A DNA stretch of 64,000 nucleotides from Octopus sinensis (taxonomy: Eukaryota). The stretch spans positions 28,458,001 through 28,522,000 of the forward strand of contig NC_043000.1 of NCBI RefSeq assembly GCF_006345805.1, read 5' to 3'. How positions within the stretch are numbered: the stretch's first letter is position 1; each line of letters starts with the position of its first letter. The notes under the pieces were generated by a model that did no database searches, was not told the DNA's origin, and saw only the letters and a program-made list of their open reading frames with translations. The position numbers and the translations under genes were made by a program. Positions 39,792 through 54,229 of this stretch are shown piece after piece.

Positions 39792-39816
39792 GTTAAATAG
39801 ATAGATAGATAGATAT

Positions 39817-39885
<69 letters not shown>

Positions 39886-39940
39886 CAGACAGATAGACAG
39901 ATAGACAGATAGCTAGATTGATAGATAGATTGATAGATAA

Positions 39941-40025
<85 letters not shown>
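39792..40025. repeat. (GATA)n microsatellite
   Basis: Direct reading; a related (GATA/GACA)n tract lies at 37985-38150. Confidence 0.95.
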
Positions 40026-40026
<1 letters not shown>

Positions 40027-40549
40027 GTTTCCCCTGCAAAATAGCAGAGTTGCTTATAGATTCATCAGATATATTAAAAGTCGTTAACGCTGTTAAATCT
40101 AGACACAGCTTTGTGTTTGGTGGTCGCAACATCTTGCAAGTTGTACGTAAATTTTGAAATATGTACAAACACATTCGGCCCTTGAGTACACGGTGTGCTT
40201 TCCATTTGGATATGCCGACACGTCGACCCTGTGACTATACTTGTTGGTGTGTGTGTGTGTGTGTGTGTAAAGGGACAAAAAAAGCTATGCATTTAGTGGA
40301 AAATTTGTAGTGGTTTAGATTGCTTCCTGAGTGCTTTGTACGTAGTAAATGATCCAGTTAGAAGGAAATGCAATGCTGACGTTGGTGAGATTCGAGCTCA
40401 GGTAGCGAAATGGCCTAACTAAACAATCTCTGGTATTTAACTGGGGTGTAAGGTGGGGTTTATGCTACTTTTACATGCACACTGGCGCATGCGCAGATCC
40501 TTATTCAGTTCTCTTGGATAGCTGGAATGATAGGTAATTACAGGACAAA

Positions 40550-43500
40550 AAGAGAATGAAGGAGTGAGTGAATGAGTGAAGGAGTGAAGGAATGAGTGAG
40601 TGAGCGAGTGATGGAGTGAGTGATGGAGTGAGTGAAGAAGTGAGTGAGGAGTGTAGGAATAAGTGTGAATGTGTGAAGGGGTGCGTGAGTGAAGGAGTGA
40701 GTAAGTGAAGGAATGAGTGAGTGACTGAGTGAGTGACTGAGTGAAGGAGTGAGTGAGTGAGTGAGTGAGTGAGTGAATGAGAGAAGGAGTGAGTGTGAAT
40801 AATAAATAATGGAATAAAGTATATGAGTGTGATTGAATGAATGACGAACGAGTACGAAGGAATGACTGAATCACTGAATGTCATTCATGAAGTGAAGAGT
40901 GGGATGAAGAAGTTACTGATGATGGTGATGATGATGAAGGTGGGCACTGCAGTGGTAGTTTTGGTCGCACTGGTAGTGGTGGGGGCGCTGGTCTTGGTGG
41001 TGGTGGTGGTGGTGGTGGTGGTGGTAGTGGTCGTGGTGTACCGGAAGACAGGTGGGATACACAAGAAAACGATGTTAAACCATGAAGCTAAAATAGAAAG
41101 TGGAATGATTATGGCGAAGAAGAAACAGAGACATAGAGTGAGGGGGAAACGGTGAGGGCGGCAATGACGTTTGTCGTAGAGGTGGTGGTGGTGGTGGTGG
41201 TGGTGTGTGGAAGCTATAGCGAAGAGGGATAAACGCAGAGGCGTTAGTAGAGGAAAGGGAGGATGAGGAGAAGGGGACGAAAGGGAGAAAAAAGAAAGAG
41301 AACAAGAATCAAACGATCCTCATGATAATGATGATGATGATGATGATGATAACGACGACGTGGACGCCAATAATGGGGTTGTAGGGAAAGATGATAATGG
41401 TGATGAAGAAGAAGAAGAAAAAGAAGAAGAAGAAAAAGGTAGAACGGAAGACAGAGGAAGGAAGGAGGAGGAAAAAGGAAGAAGAAAAGAAAAAGAATAA
41501 CCAGAAGAAGGAGGAGGATGCGGTGGAGGAGGCGGTGGAGGAGGCGGTGGGGGATTAGGAATAGAAAGAAAGAAAGAAAGAAAGAAGAAAAGGGAGGAAG
41601 AGGAGGAGGAGGAGGAGGAGGAAAAGAAAGAAAGAAGAATAAGATGGAGGAGGAGGAGGCGGTGGAGGAGGAGGAGGAGGAGGAAAAGAACGAAAGAAAG
41701 AAAGAAGAAGAAGAAGAAGAAGAAGAAGAAGAAGAAGAAGAAGGAGAAGAAGAAGAAGAAGAAGAAGAAGAAGAAGAAGACGGGCGAGTAAATGCGTGGT
41801 GAGTGAAGGGAGCGTGCGTGACATGATCATGAGAAATACAAAGAGAAGAATGATGGTAGTTGAGATACAAAATGGCGATTGTACTGCTGCTTGGAAAAGG
41901 GAAATTAAAATCTATAAAGTTGTCATCGGTCTTGGCTGAGTAAAGAAGGATCGACTGTCATGCCACCTATTAGCAGTTAACTTAAAGTAATTTATTGAAC
42001 TAAAAGACACTCACACACACTCGCAAGCACGCTAAGAGCAGCGCAATGAACTAACAACCAGGCTGCTGCTACTACTACTACTACTACTACTACTAACTAC
42101 TACTACTACTACTATAACTGCTACTACCGTCACCGCAACTACTACTACTACTGCTACTACTACTATATCTACAGTCACCGCAACTACTACTACTACTACT
42201 GCTACTACTACTATATCTACAGTCACCGCAACTAATAGTACTACTACTACTACTATTATAACTACTACTCCTACCGTTACCGCAACTACTACTGCTACTA
42301 AAATAACTACTACTACTACCGTCACCGCAACTACTACTACTACCACTACAACCATCGGTGCCACTAAAAACTACTATAACCCACTACCACATCTACGTCT
42401 GCTATTGCTATTACTACTACAGCCACCAGGACCACTACTACAACTACGACTACTATTACTATCACCACCACCACTACCACTACTACAACCACTATTACTG
42501 TTTCACTACTGCTACCACCACTATTACTACCGCTTCGACTATTACAGTCAGCACCACCACTACCACTACTATTACTATCACTACAACCACTATTACCAAC
42601 AATACTACTACTACTACTACAACTACTACTACCACAACAACTACCACTGCTACTCCCACTACTGCAACTACTACCACTGCGACTACTACTACCACCGCTA
42701 CTACTACTATTACTACCACTACTACTATCACCGCTACAACTACTACCACCAGTACTACCACGACCACTACTACTACTACCACTACGACTACTACAGTCAG
42801 CAGCACCAACACCACTACCACTACAAATACTACTACCACAAGTACTACTACTACAACTACTACTACCACCACCACTACTACTACCACTACTATCGTCACC
42901 ACTACTACTACTGCCACTACTACAGCTACTACTACCACTACCACTACCACTACTACAATCAGCACCACCTCCACCACCACTACTATTACCACTACTACTA
43001 CTGCTACTACTACTACCACCATCACAACGACTACAGCTACTACTACTGCTACCACTACTACTGCTGCTACTACTACTACTGCTACTACTACTACTACCTC
43101 GCCCTTCCAAATCGATCGGTTTATCTGATCCTACTTAGAGAAACGAGGTCTTCAACTGCTTCCTTGCTTATTCGCTTCTTTCCTTACAGGCCTTCCATAC
43201 TTGTTGGCCTTCCATTCCTTCCAAACTCCAGCCTCGTCCCTCATCTTCTCATTCCTGACCGTCCAGGCCTCTTTACTTCTCCTCTGCCTTCTTCTTCGAC
43301 TTTTCCTTTTATTCTTTCTCCTTTTTCTTAACTGCTTTTTTTTATCACCTTCATCATCATCATCATCATCATCAACATCTTCTTCTTTACTTTCTCCTTC
43401 TTCTTCTTCTTCACCTTTTTCTTCCCCTCCTCCTTTTTCTTCATTTTCTTCCTCTTCTCCTCCTTTTTCTTCTTATTCTTCTTCTTCTCCTTCTTCTTCT

Positions 43501-44036
43501 TCTTCTTCTTCTTCTTCTTCTCCTCCTCCTTTTTCTTCTTCTTCTTCTTCTTCTTCTTCTTCTCCTCCCTTTTCTTCTTCTACTTCTTCTTCTCCTCCTT
43601 TTTCTTCTCCTCCTTTTTCTTCTTCTTCTTCTCCTCCTGTTTCTTCTTCTTCTTCTTCTCCTCCTTTTTCTTCTTCTTCTTCTACTTCTTTTTCTTTATG
43701 TTCCTCCTCTTCTTCCACTTCCTTTTCTTTTGCTTCTGTTTTTTTTTGTTTTTACTTTGCTTTCACAACTTTTTCATCTTCCTCTTGCTTCCTTCCATTT
43801 ATCTTCCACTTCCTCCGTCTTCTACAGATTCATCATCATCATCATCATCATCTTCTTCTTCTTCTTCTTCTTCTTCTTCTTCTTCTTCTCCTCCTTCTTC
43901 TTCTTCTTTATGTTCTCTTCCACTTCCGTATCTTCTTTTGCTACTGTTTTTTTTTGTTTTTACTTTGCTTTCACAACTTTTTCATCTTCCTCTTGCTTCC
44001 TTCCATTTATCTTCCACTTCCTCCGTCTTCTACAGA

Positions 44037-44072
<36 letters not shown>

Positions 44073-44140
44073 GTCATCATCGTCATCACCACCACTACCA
44101 CCATCACCACCACCACCACCACTATTACCATTCACATTTT
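40550..44140. repeat. Large compound simple-repeat block: (GAGT), (GGT), (GAA/GAG), (ACT/ACC), (CTT), (CAT), with a ~208-bp duplication at 43694-44060
   Basis: Direct reading; it generates the spurious poly-T/S/E/V ORFs. Confidence 0.9.
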
Positions 44141-44234
44141 CATCTCTACTTCTCGGTTGGTCTGTCGAGCCGTCAGTCTGCCCATGATTCTGTCTTCATG
44201 CAATAATACAAAACCTTATTCTCTAACATTAGCT

Positions 44235-44670
44235 CTTCTTTTATTCTTTATTCAAATGGTTTCAATCGTAGAACTGCGGCCATGCTAGGGCACCGCTTTC
44301 ATTTATTTTCTTTCAGTTTTGTCGTCGCTTTATGCTGGTAATTGGTTTATGATTGAGTTCCTAGCTGATCTTCCTTGTGTTTATCCTTGAATGGTTGGCT
44401 GCTCCGGTATCGTTGTCAAGAGTTTTATCCGGCTTATTTTTTAACTATTTCAGTAGAAGCCCCTTTTATATTTCTGATTTCTTTAGGTAAGCAATTCAAC
44501 AACTGAAGATTTCTAAATATCAGACTGGTGCAATAGAGTGATTTGGCTTGTGATTTCGAATGCTGAATATTCGGAAGTTTGACAGTATCTACCAGTTCGG
44601 GCAATTAAATTCTCTCTAATACCGAAGCATAGAATATGTCCCCACCCAAGACTTTTCATACGTATATGAC
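44235..44670 (-). mobile_element. Degenerate CR1-like LINE 3' end
   Basis: FGIRENLIARTGRYC and QLLNCLPKEIRNIKG frames; 3' GCGGTGCCCTAGCATGGCCGCAG stem-loop and AATAAAAAGA tail. Confidence 0.7.
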
Positions 44671-44672
44671 AG

Positions 44673-44773
<101 letters not shown>

Positions 44774-45054
44774 CTCTCTCTCTCTCTTCAGCGTCTTAGA
44801 GGGTAGAAACACAGAGCTTTCGGACATTCCCAGTAGTTAAGGTTTGTAACAGAATTTATTTTATAGTTCTATATTTGAGAAATGAGGAATTATGTACTTT
44901 ATTTGCTTCATTTACATTTGACGATATTTGTCGTCATCTTGTTTGTTGGTAACATAACGTTTCGGTTGATATACTCTCCACCCTCCAGCAGGTATCCTGG
45001 TGAAATTTCGAACCTGGGTTCTCATTCCAAGGGATGTTTTTATCATCATCATCA

Positions 45055-45096
<42 letters not shown>

Positions 45097-45104
45097 CATC
45101 ATCA

Positions 45105-45151
<47 letters not shown>

Positions 45152-45173
45152 GTTAATGTTGTTGTTGTTGTTG

Positions 45174-45566
45174 CCTTTTCAACGCTTTTAATGCTAGAGA
45201 TGTATTACAGTGTCAGCTGTTCAGTACCAGTGAACTAAGGTAACACCTCTAATTTTTCGAGCACCTTCCAGAGTATCCCGGCGGTTCCAAGCAGTGGGTT
45301 TCCGCAAGTGCTCCACCATTATTGCAGCCCTATTTGTTCCACGTAATTCTCGAGATTTTGCTCACTGTTCCCAGGGCTCTGAGACAATTATTGGTACTAC
45401 TGCTACCTTTTTCAACGACCACAGCTGCTTAACTTCCCAAGCTAACCCCTCATATATCTCAAATTTCATTCTTCCTTATCGCATACACCGTTTTCAGCCG
45501 GGCATGCTATATCTATGGTCCAGCATAGTTTGTTTTCTTTCTCAATTAAGACTATGTCTGGCTTAT
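45174..45566 (-). mobile_element. 5'-truncated R4/Dong-like non-LTR element (REL endonuclease end) in (TAA)n
   Basis: Minus frames KPDIVLIEKENKLCWTIDIACP (PD..D), VAVVPII, ALGTVSK and LLGTAGILWKVLE; (AAT)n on both sides. Confidence 0.8.
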
Positions 45567-45621
45567 TATTAGTATTATTATGACTACTACAACTACTACT
45601 ACTACTACTACTACTTACTAT

Positions 45622-45652
<31 letters not shown>

Positions 45653-45688
45653 GCTGCTTACTATTACTACTACTTCTACTACTACAAC

Positions 45689-45726
<38 letters not shown>

Positions 45727-46317
45727 GACAGACTATTATATTCTAATTTCATTAGCAGTTTGTTATTTTGTTTTCCTGGGGGTTTGGTGGCAGCTATCTT
45801 CATTTTCCAAACATTTTTCTTGGTATCCTTGTAAAATAAAGGACGGCATTTTCCTGCAAGTCGACAACGCAAGTGTCATTTCCAAAACCCTTCGGCGTTT
45901 GAGACACCAGTTTAGACATCAGTGCCGCATGCGACATTTAGAATGAGAACAATCTTTAACCTCGTTATTTTTCTTCTTTTTCCTCACCTTTACGTTCTAT
46001 TCTTTTCTTTCTATCCATAATCTTGCTTTGATTTTTTAACTTTTCTTTATTTTTTCCTAGTCGTGGTTTTTCTCTGTTTTAAAGAACAACTAATACTACT
46101 ACAATAATAATGGTTTCAAATTTAGGCAGAATGTCAGCCGTTTCGAGTGGTGGTGGTGGTGGTGGGGGCGGACTCGATTCTACCGATTCAAGTACCTGAG
46201 TGGTACTATATTTTATCGATGTGAAGGGCTGAAAAGCGAAGTGAACCTTGGTGTGAATTGAAGTCAGAACGTAAAGAAAACGTACAGCTTGGTTTTTCCA
46301 GCTCGCCTTCTCCTAAA

Positions 46318-46354
<37 letters not shown>

Positions 46355-48064
46355 CAACGACGACGACGACAACGATGATGCTGATGATGATGGTCATGAG
46401 GATGATCATGATGATATACAGAAAAAAATTCAAAGAAATTAAGAAATGCTAAACCAGAAGCTTACAAAGTCTAGCGACGTGGACGGATAAGAATTATAAA
46501 AAAAAACAAGAGGAAGAATGGAATACACGGTAGACTATAGTATTGGGACGAATTAAAATTTGATAGACTACAAATATTTACAGAGAATGAACAAATAAAA
46601 TTATTAAAAAACAATAATGTAAACAAGATAGCAATTACACCGTGAAAGAGCCATTTAATAACACACAAAGCTGTTAAATACACTTTAGATTAAATAAATA
46701 GGAAGAAGCGGGAGAGAAAAGACTGGAAATTATGATGACATTAATATACACAACGTCGGAAGGAAACAACAACAAAAAAAAAACTTAATTGCGTACTGTT
46801 AATGAGTAATGATGACCGATGTTGCGGGTTAAAGTCGGTCCATGAGTACAACAAATAAATATGTCTATAAACTCATTAGGTTAGAGAAAAATATGATAAA
46901 GATACAAAATAAAAGGAATTAAAATTCTAAACTTATAAGAACTGGATATTAATGGAATTTCAAGCAGGTGCTGTGGAGATGTGACAGTGACCAGGTAATA
47001 GTTGTACGACGGAAACTTTGAATCACCGTGAAATATATTTAAACTGAAAGTAAATCTAGCAGCTTTGTGTGTTATTCAATTGATAATCCATGATGTAGTT
47101 GCTTCAGGTTCAGATTAAGACGCAATTTCAAATCTAGGTTACTTTCTATAAAAAAAAATTGAGATTTCCGCTTATGGCCATCAAGATATGCTCTGTCCCT
47201 GGTCTAGTTCCGAATCTTTTCCTTTTGTGTATTGCTCTTAGCGATAAATTCTAAAATCCTATGTAAGTATTTCTTAGCTTATTTCTAATTTGACGATTCA
47301 TACTCCTTCCATTTCAGGAAGATTTGATTACTACTACTAAGATCTCAATCCTTATGTTTTTTTCTTCTGAAAGTATCATCACTGCGGTGGATTTCCCTTA
47401 CTTGTAACTTTTGTCGCACTTATTGTTGTCTTTCCTACTGTTGTTGTTCTTCCTCTTCTTTTTCTTTTTCTTTTTCTACTTCCTCTTCTCTTACTTCTTT
47501 TCCTATTTTCTCTTCTTTTTCTTTTTCTTCTTCTTGTATAATCATCGATCGCACTTGATCAAAAGTTTTTTCCCTATAATCATTCAAATGGCCTCCTTGG
47601 TTTTCAAATAATTAAGCATGACTAGTGAGATTTAGCTACTATTTCTAACATCGCCGAGCCATCACACAGAGGTCTCCTCGTTAGTGTAATGTTCTAATAA
47701 CCGGTTCTATTGTATGTAGACTCACTGATGTATCTGTAACCGTTGTTGCAGCGTGTGCATACGTGTGTCTTCATATGCTGTTTCTGTTTGTATCGTTGTC
47801 GTCGATGTTGTGGCTGTTGTTATCGTTTAGCTGCAATCGAATTATCACTTCAACAGTTTGGTTAAACCCTTCCCACTTCAGAGACATCGATGCCGCCACT
47901 TTAACATCCATTTATTTCAATACTGGAATGATTAGAAACACTCGTTCCTGCCGCTAATTCGCGACACATAGCGTGAGATAAGACATTGCCCTGTTGAGCT
48001 TCTAATTTACATGGGATGAGGGGGGGTGTTTAAACAGATCTAATGTACAAGCAAATAATACTAC

Positions 48065-48316
48065 TCTTTTATTTGTTTCAGTCATTTTGACAGCGGCCAT
48101 GCTGGAGCACCGCCTTTAGTCGAACGAATCGACCCCAGAACTTATTTTTTGTAAGCCTTGTATTTATTCTATCGGTCACTTTTTGTCGAACCGCTAAGTT
48201 ACGAGGACGTAAACACACCAGCATAGGTTGTCAAGCGATGTTGGGGGGGGGCACACATAGAAACATATACATACGCATATATATGCGTATGTATATGTAT
48301 ATATGTCGTATATATA

Positions 48317-48378
<62 letters not shown>

Positions 48379-48540
48379 GACGAGTTTCTTTCAGTTTCCG
48401 TCTACTAAATCCACTCACAAGGCTTTCGTCGGCCCGAAGCTATAGTAGAAGACACTTTCCCAAAATGCCACGCAGTGGGACTGAATCCAGAACCATGTGG
48501 TTGGTAAGCAAGCTACTTGCCACACAGCCACTCCTGCGCT
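48065..48540 (-). mobile_element. Full-length SINE family B
   Basis: Homology to 14030-14449. Confidence 0.85.
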
Positions 48541-48674
48541 AAAATTGTCAAAGTATTCAACTTCGAACTTGGCCAAAAACTGTTGCAGATCTTTTGTTGG
48601 GTGTTTTCTTATTTTGTAACTTAATACAATCATCATTTATCCATTCATCACTGATCCATTCATCACTCATCTGG

Positions 48675-48853
48675 GATAATAGAACACACTGATCCGAGAT
48701 AATAGGACACAATGATGCGGGAAAATAGGACACACTGATGCGGGATAATAGGGCACACTGAACGAGGATAATAGGACACATTGATCTAGCATAATAGGAC
48801 ACAATGCTGCGGGATAATAGGAGACACTGATTCCGGGATAATAGGACACACTC
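48675..48853. repeat. 23-bp minisatellite, ~7.7 copies (gataataggacacactgatgcgg)
   Basis: Direct reading. Confidence 0.9.
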
Positions 48854-49729
48854 AATTGTGAACCGTGTTGCGCTTATTACAGATTAAATTGAGTTGTGAT
48901 AACAAGGGTCAACGAACTGTGGGAGAATCTCCTTGGACGTCAAAACCGCTCCCCACTGACACCCACAATTCAGAGCTACTCAGAATGCACTGAGTACGGT
49001 GCGTCGATACTGTGTACTTTTATGTGGATTGGTGTACTCATTGATACTCATCAACATGAGTCCAGTGAACGAAGGAGCATAGTCTTAACAAATGACGTAG
49101 TCGAATTTATTCTCTGCAGAAAGAGGTAGAGACAAACAAGGAAAAATGTAACGATGGAAGTTTCACTGTTGTGAGCCGAGTGTTTTATGTCAGTGAGTCT
49201 ACTATTCACTCCCTTTACAAAAAGTCTGCAACTGATTCATTTATCACTGTTTTTTGTTTTGCTTTGTTTTTCTTTTTTAATGTGATTATGTGAACCAAAC
49301 CCATGTGATAAACGAGTATTGATGTAATATTTTATTGGTTCTATTTTTTTCAGTTATCCTCATGGTTCAGCCTGGTGCAAATTGTATGTTAAATCGTTTA
49401 TTAGAATTGGTGAATGTGGGATGTTTTTATTTATTGTCGCATCCTGTATTTCTCCTCTGGTAAGTGAATCCGCCATTTCTAAAACAGTGATGAAATGGTA
49501 TTTCTCATCATAGAGAAGAAATGGCCATCGTCAGAACTTCTATCGGCTATCACTAACACTTAGGTCTACTTAAGCAGTGACGGCAGGACTTAATCGCAAG
49601 AACAAAGATAAACACGGCATTGCATAATTACTATATTTAATTAGTTTCCAAGTGGTATATCTTGTGTGGATCAATACAGTAGCTTAATAAATTGAATGAA
49701 CATAATAGCAAAATACAGAAAACAGTATT

Positions 49730-50180
49730 TATTTCTTTATTGCCTGCAGGGAGTTAAACAGAGAGGGGACAACAAGTACAGACAAAGGGATTCAGTCAAT
49801 TACATCGACCCAATACATAACTGGTGCTTATTTCATCGACCTCAGTGCGTAACTGATACTTAATTTATCGACCCCGAAAGGATGAAAGGCAAAGTCGACC
49901 TCGGCGGAATTTGAACTCAGAACGTAAAGACAGACTAAATACCTATTTCTTTACTACCCACAAGGGGCTAAACAAAGAGAGGACAAACAAGGACAGACAA
50001 ACGGATTGAGTCAATTATATCGATCCCAGTGCGTAACTGATACTGACTTAATCGACCCCGAAAAGATGAAAGGCAAAGTCGAACTCGGCGGAATTTGAAC
50101 TCAGAACGTAACGGCAGACAAATACGGCGACGCATTTCGTCCGGCGTACTAACGAGTCTGCCAGCTTGCCGCCTTAATAG
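49730..50180 (-). mobile_element. Tandem cluster of SINE family A units
   Basis: Repeated central domain and tail. Confidence 0.85.
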
Positions 50181-50300
50181 GAAACAGTATTTCCCACATG
50201 GAGCTACTGTTGTTGCTGCCGTTGCTATTACTCTACTACGACGACGAAGACGACGACGAAATGACGACGATTACGACGATAATGACGATGATGACAGCAG

Positions 50301-50339
<39 letters not shown>

Positions 50340-50429
50340 TCGATAATAACAGTTTTGCTTCATGCACAAGGATAGAAAATTTGATGAGAAGGGTTTAGTC
50401 AATGCCTCGTGCATTATTTCATCCAACTC

Positions 50430-51190
50430 AAGGCGGCGAAACGTTAGAACGTAGAAACGTTAGAACGTAGAAACGTTAGAACGTAGAAACGTTAGAACGT
50501 AGAAACGTTAGAATTCCAGGAGAAATACTTAGCGGTATTTCGACTGTCTTTACGTTCTGAGTTCAAATTCCGGCGAGGTTGTCTTTGCGTTCATCATTTC
50601 CGGGTCGATAAATTAAGTACCAGTTTTGTACTGCGGTCGATCTAATCGACTGGCTCCATCCCCCAAATTTTGGGCCTTGTGCCTAGAGCAGAAAAGAATA
50701 TACCTTTAAGGCGGCGAACTAGCACAAACGTTAGCACATGCTTAGTGGTATTTCGTCTGTTTTTACGTTCTGAGTTCAAATTCCGCCGAGTTCGACTTTG
50801 CCTTTCATCCTTTCGGGGTCGATAAATTTAGTACCAATTACGCCTTGGGGTCGATGTAATCGACATAATCACTTTGTCTGTCCTTGTTTGTCCCCTCTAT
50901 GTTTAACCCCTTGTGGGCCATAAGAAATAAGAAAAGTTAGCAAGCCGGGCGAAAAGCCGAGTGGTATTTCGTCTGTTTTGACGTTCTGAGTTCAAATTCC
51001 GCCGAGGTCGACTTTGCCTTTCATCCTTACGGGTTCGATAAATTAAGCACCAGTTACGCACTGGTGTCGATCTAATCGACAGGCCCCGACCCACAAAATT
51101 TTGGGCCTTGTGCCGAGAATAGAAAAGATTATTTCATCCAACTCGGAATGAAAAATAACACAGCTCGCTTCGGTGGGATTTGAGCTCCAA
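50430..51190 (+). mobile_element. Tandem cluster of SINE family A units, the first head containing (gaaacgttagaacgta)x4.7 at 50438-50513
   Basis: Direct reading. Confidence 0.85.
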
Positions 51191-51363
51191 AAGTAGAGAA
51201 ACATATTAAAGAATTTTTTTCCGAATGCATTCCTGTAGATAAGTACATCTATATGTAAACAGATAACCAGCTTCATAACTTGATAGCCAGAGAACATTTT
51301 ATCTTTCTATAGGGACATACATACAATCATATATATACATATATATATATATATATTATATAT

Positions 51364-51408
<45 letters not shown>

Positions 51409-51429
51409 TATATATACATATATACATAC

Positions 51430-51461
<32 letters not shown>

Positions 51462-51462
51462 T

Positions 51463-51521
<59 letters not shown>

Positions 51522-52487
51522 CTGTGTGAGTATATATATATTATATATATATTGTATGTATATATATATATGTACCTATATATATATATGCATGTATGTA
51601 TGTATGTTCCTTCATAAAGATGTATATATACACACATATACGTAGACATATATATTCATGCATATGTTGATGTAGACAGATACATACATGCATTACACAC
51701 GCACACACACACACACACACACATACATGTATAGTGGAGAGAAAGAAGAGGAGAGAGAGACAGTTCACTCGCTACACATTTCTCTGAGCCGCAGGCATTG
51801 AGTAATAACGAGAGAGAAAATCAGAAAAATGAGACACGACAGGCTTTCCCAGTTTGGCTTTGCTTCAATGTCCATCTTTCCGGTGAACAACTGCTTAACC
51901 AAGCAAAATATCTAATTAAGCGAAAGCAGCATAATGTTTTTTGTTCTAATATTTTACTCAGTAACCTTGGTAACGAGCATCCTCTTTTCATTTAATGATG
52001 ACAAGAGATGACACACACACACACATAATCAAGGGTCTGTGATGCATTGAATTACAAAATCAATCTGTGTAAGTTCGTATGTCGGACATGTTGTTGTGTA
52101 TGTGTGTTTGCTTACGTGTGAGAGAGCGCACCTATCCTGACGTTACTGAATGTGTTTGTACGCATGTGTGTATATTCTATGTGAAACTATTCCACATTCT
52201 ACTTGTTTGATACGTATGTGCATAGGGTTAGGCGAGTAGTGTTTAATGCATATTCATATAATTTCGTCAGGATTATATCTTCTGGTATATACATATATAT
52301 ATATATATATATTATGAACTTTCATACAGTCCATAATGTCCAACAATTGAAAACACTTCAAAAATAATTTAGCTATCCGCGTAAGTTCAATGTAGACACA
52401 CGCACACACACACGCGCGTAAATATATGTGCATGTATGTATATAAACAGGGATATATATATGCTTATAAATATGTATACAATATATG

Positions 52488-52535
<48 letters not shown>

Positions 52536-52829
52536 GATGAACATAGAATGCATATTCTGCATTAATTGCGAAATCACAGGTGATATGTAACTAAATTCTT
52601 TTTTTAAATGATTTGCTTTGAAGTTTTGCATTCGGTAAAATTTTGTTTATTTTAGTAGTTTTGACCGCATTGGTCCCTCTTTAGCGTGTGGTATCTACGA
52701 ATAGTAGTACCCTCAATATAATATAAATAAATATTTTCAAAGTGGAAAAATTTACGGATTTTTTCTCTTACGAGGTTTTTCACGCTAACTACTGATAATT
52801 TCTTTTAAAGATTTTATCCTCAATTGTTA

Positions 52830-52860
<31 letters not shown>

Positions 52861-54229
52861 ATATAATATATATATATATATTATATATATATATATACCT
52901 ATCAGCCAGAGAATCCCGTGATACACTGAGCAGTCCGCCAAATAAATTTACATATATTAGCCAGAAATATCTGCGATGTACTGAGTGAGCGATAGGTGAA
53001 CCGCGATATGGCGAGAGATTACTGAATATTCTAAATGCGGTGATAATTTTAATAATCAAGATTTAATATTGCATGGTACTTGATATATCTGAGTTTGCCT
53101 ACGTTATTAAAAGACATGCCACTGTCCACTGCCGTTACCAAGATCGTGATTTCAATTCGAGGACTCAGTGTCGGGTTGTGTTTCCGAGCAAAACACGCCA
53201 TCTCCTGTTCCTCCGTGATCACTTCGACACCTGATGTGTGCTACATCGTGCGATATTTATTTGATTGGGAGAATGAACTAATGTATAGCTCAAACATTTG
53301 ATCACTATGGTAGAATGCTATTTGCTTCATGTAGAGTATGTAGATGTGTGTGCATGTTTGAGTGTGGCTATATATATTATACTGAAAGTTGTTTACGTAT
53401 TAGGAAACTGATTTATAAAAATGTGGTTGAGAATTTAATCGTAAGTAGTGTACAAACGTAGGTATAAGTTCGATGGATGTTTGTTTCATGTATCGGTAAT
53501 AGATAGTGAAAGTGTGTGTGTGTGTGCGTTAGAGTAGAATCTCCCATGATTTTATGGGTATGTACGTTAATTTATGTGTAGCGTATATTTTGGAAAAGTA
53601 ACTGAAGAAAATGCGGTCCAGTATTTAAGCCGAGTGATATAAATGTTCCAAGGTAGAATATTAAATTACTTCTTAAATTTAAATCTATAGAATTCCTTTA
53701 GAAATTTTAGCCGCCAATGATTTGCTTCGACGTTTTGTATACGATTACGTCTAATGTAAACAATGCCATCGAAGTTAGAAGTATGGCCATATTGGTGTAT
53801 ATGCATATATCATGAGATATTGCTCCTTCTTTGACACCACATCTACGAACACATAGCTTGAATATCCCCTTAATATAGCGGTGTAACACAATGGGATATA
53901 GCAAATTTACATATTGGTTTCAAATTTTGGTGCAAGGCCAGCAGTTTTGGAGGAGAGGTAAGACGATTAAATCGACTCCAGTGCTCAGGTGGTACTTATT
54001 GTATTGGCTCCGAAGCATAAAAGGCAAAATCGACCCCGGCGGAATTTTAATTCAGAACGTAAAGACGAATGAAATGGCAACTGGTACGTACATAGTAATT
54101 GTTGGTAGGGACGCCGTATTTCTTATAGCAACCATGATATATTATCAAGTATATTAAAGGTTTCATGAGTCAATACTCTGTCCTACGGTGCTAGCAGTGC
54201 AATTAAATCACTTATTAATGTTATTTTCT

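Noticed and set aside
42358-43128. 256-aa poly-Thr mucin-like ORF and overlapping poly-Ser/Val/Tyr ORFs
   Set aside because: Product of (ACT/ACC)n trinucleotide repeats open in several frames on both strands; no signal peptide or splice evidence.
48675-50513. Short direct-repeat arrays (23 bp, 16 bp) as CRISPR
   Set aside because: Units are contiguous with no unique spacers, the context is eukaryotic and there are no cas genes.
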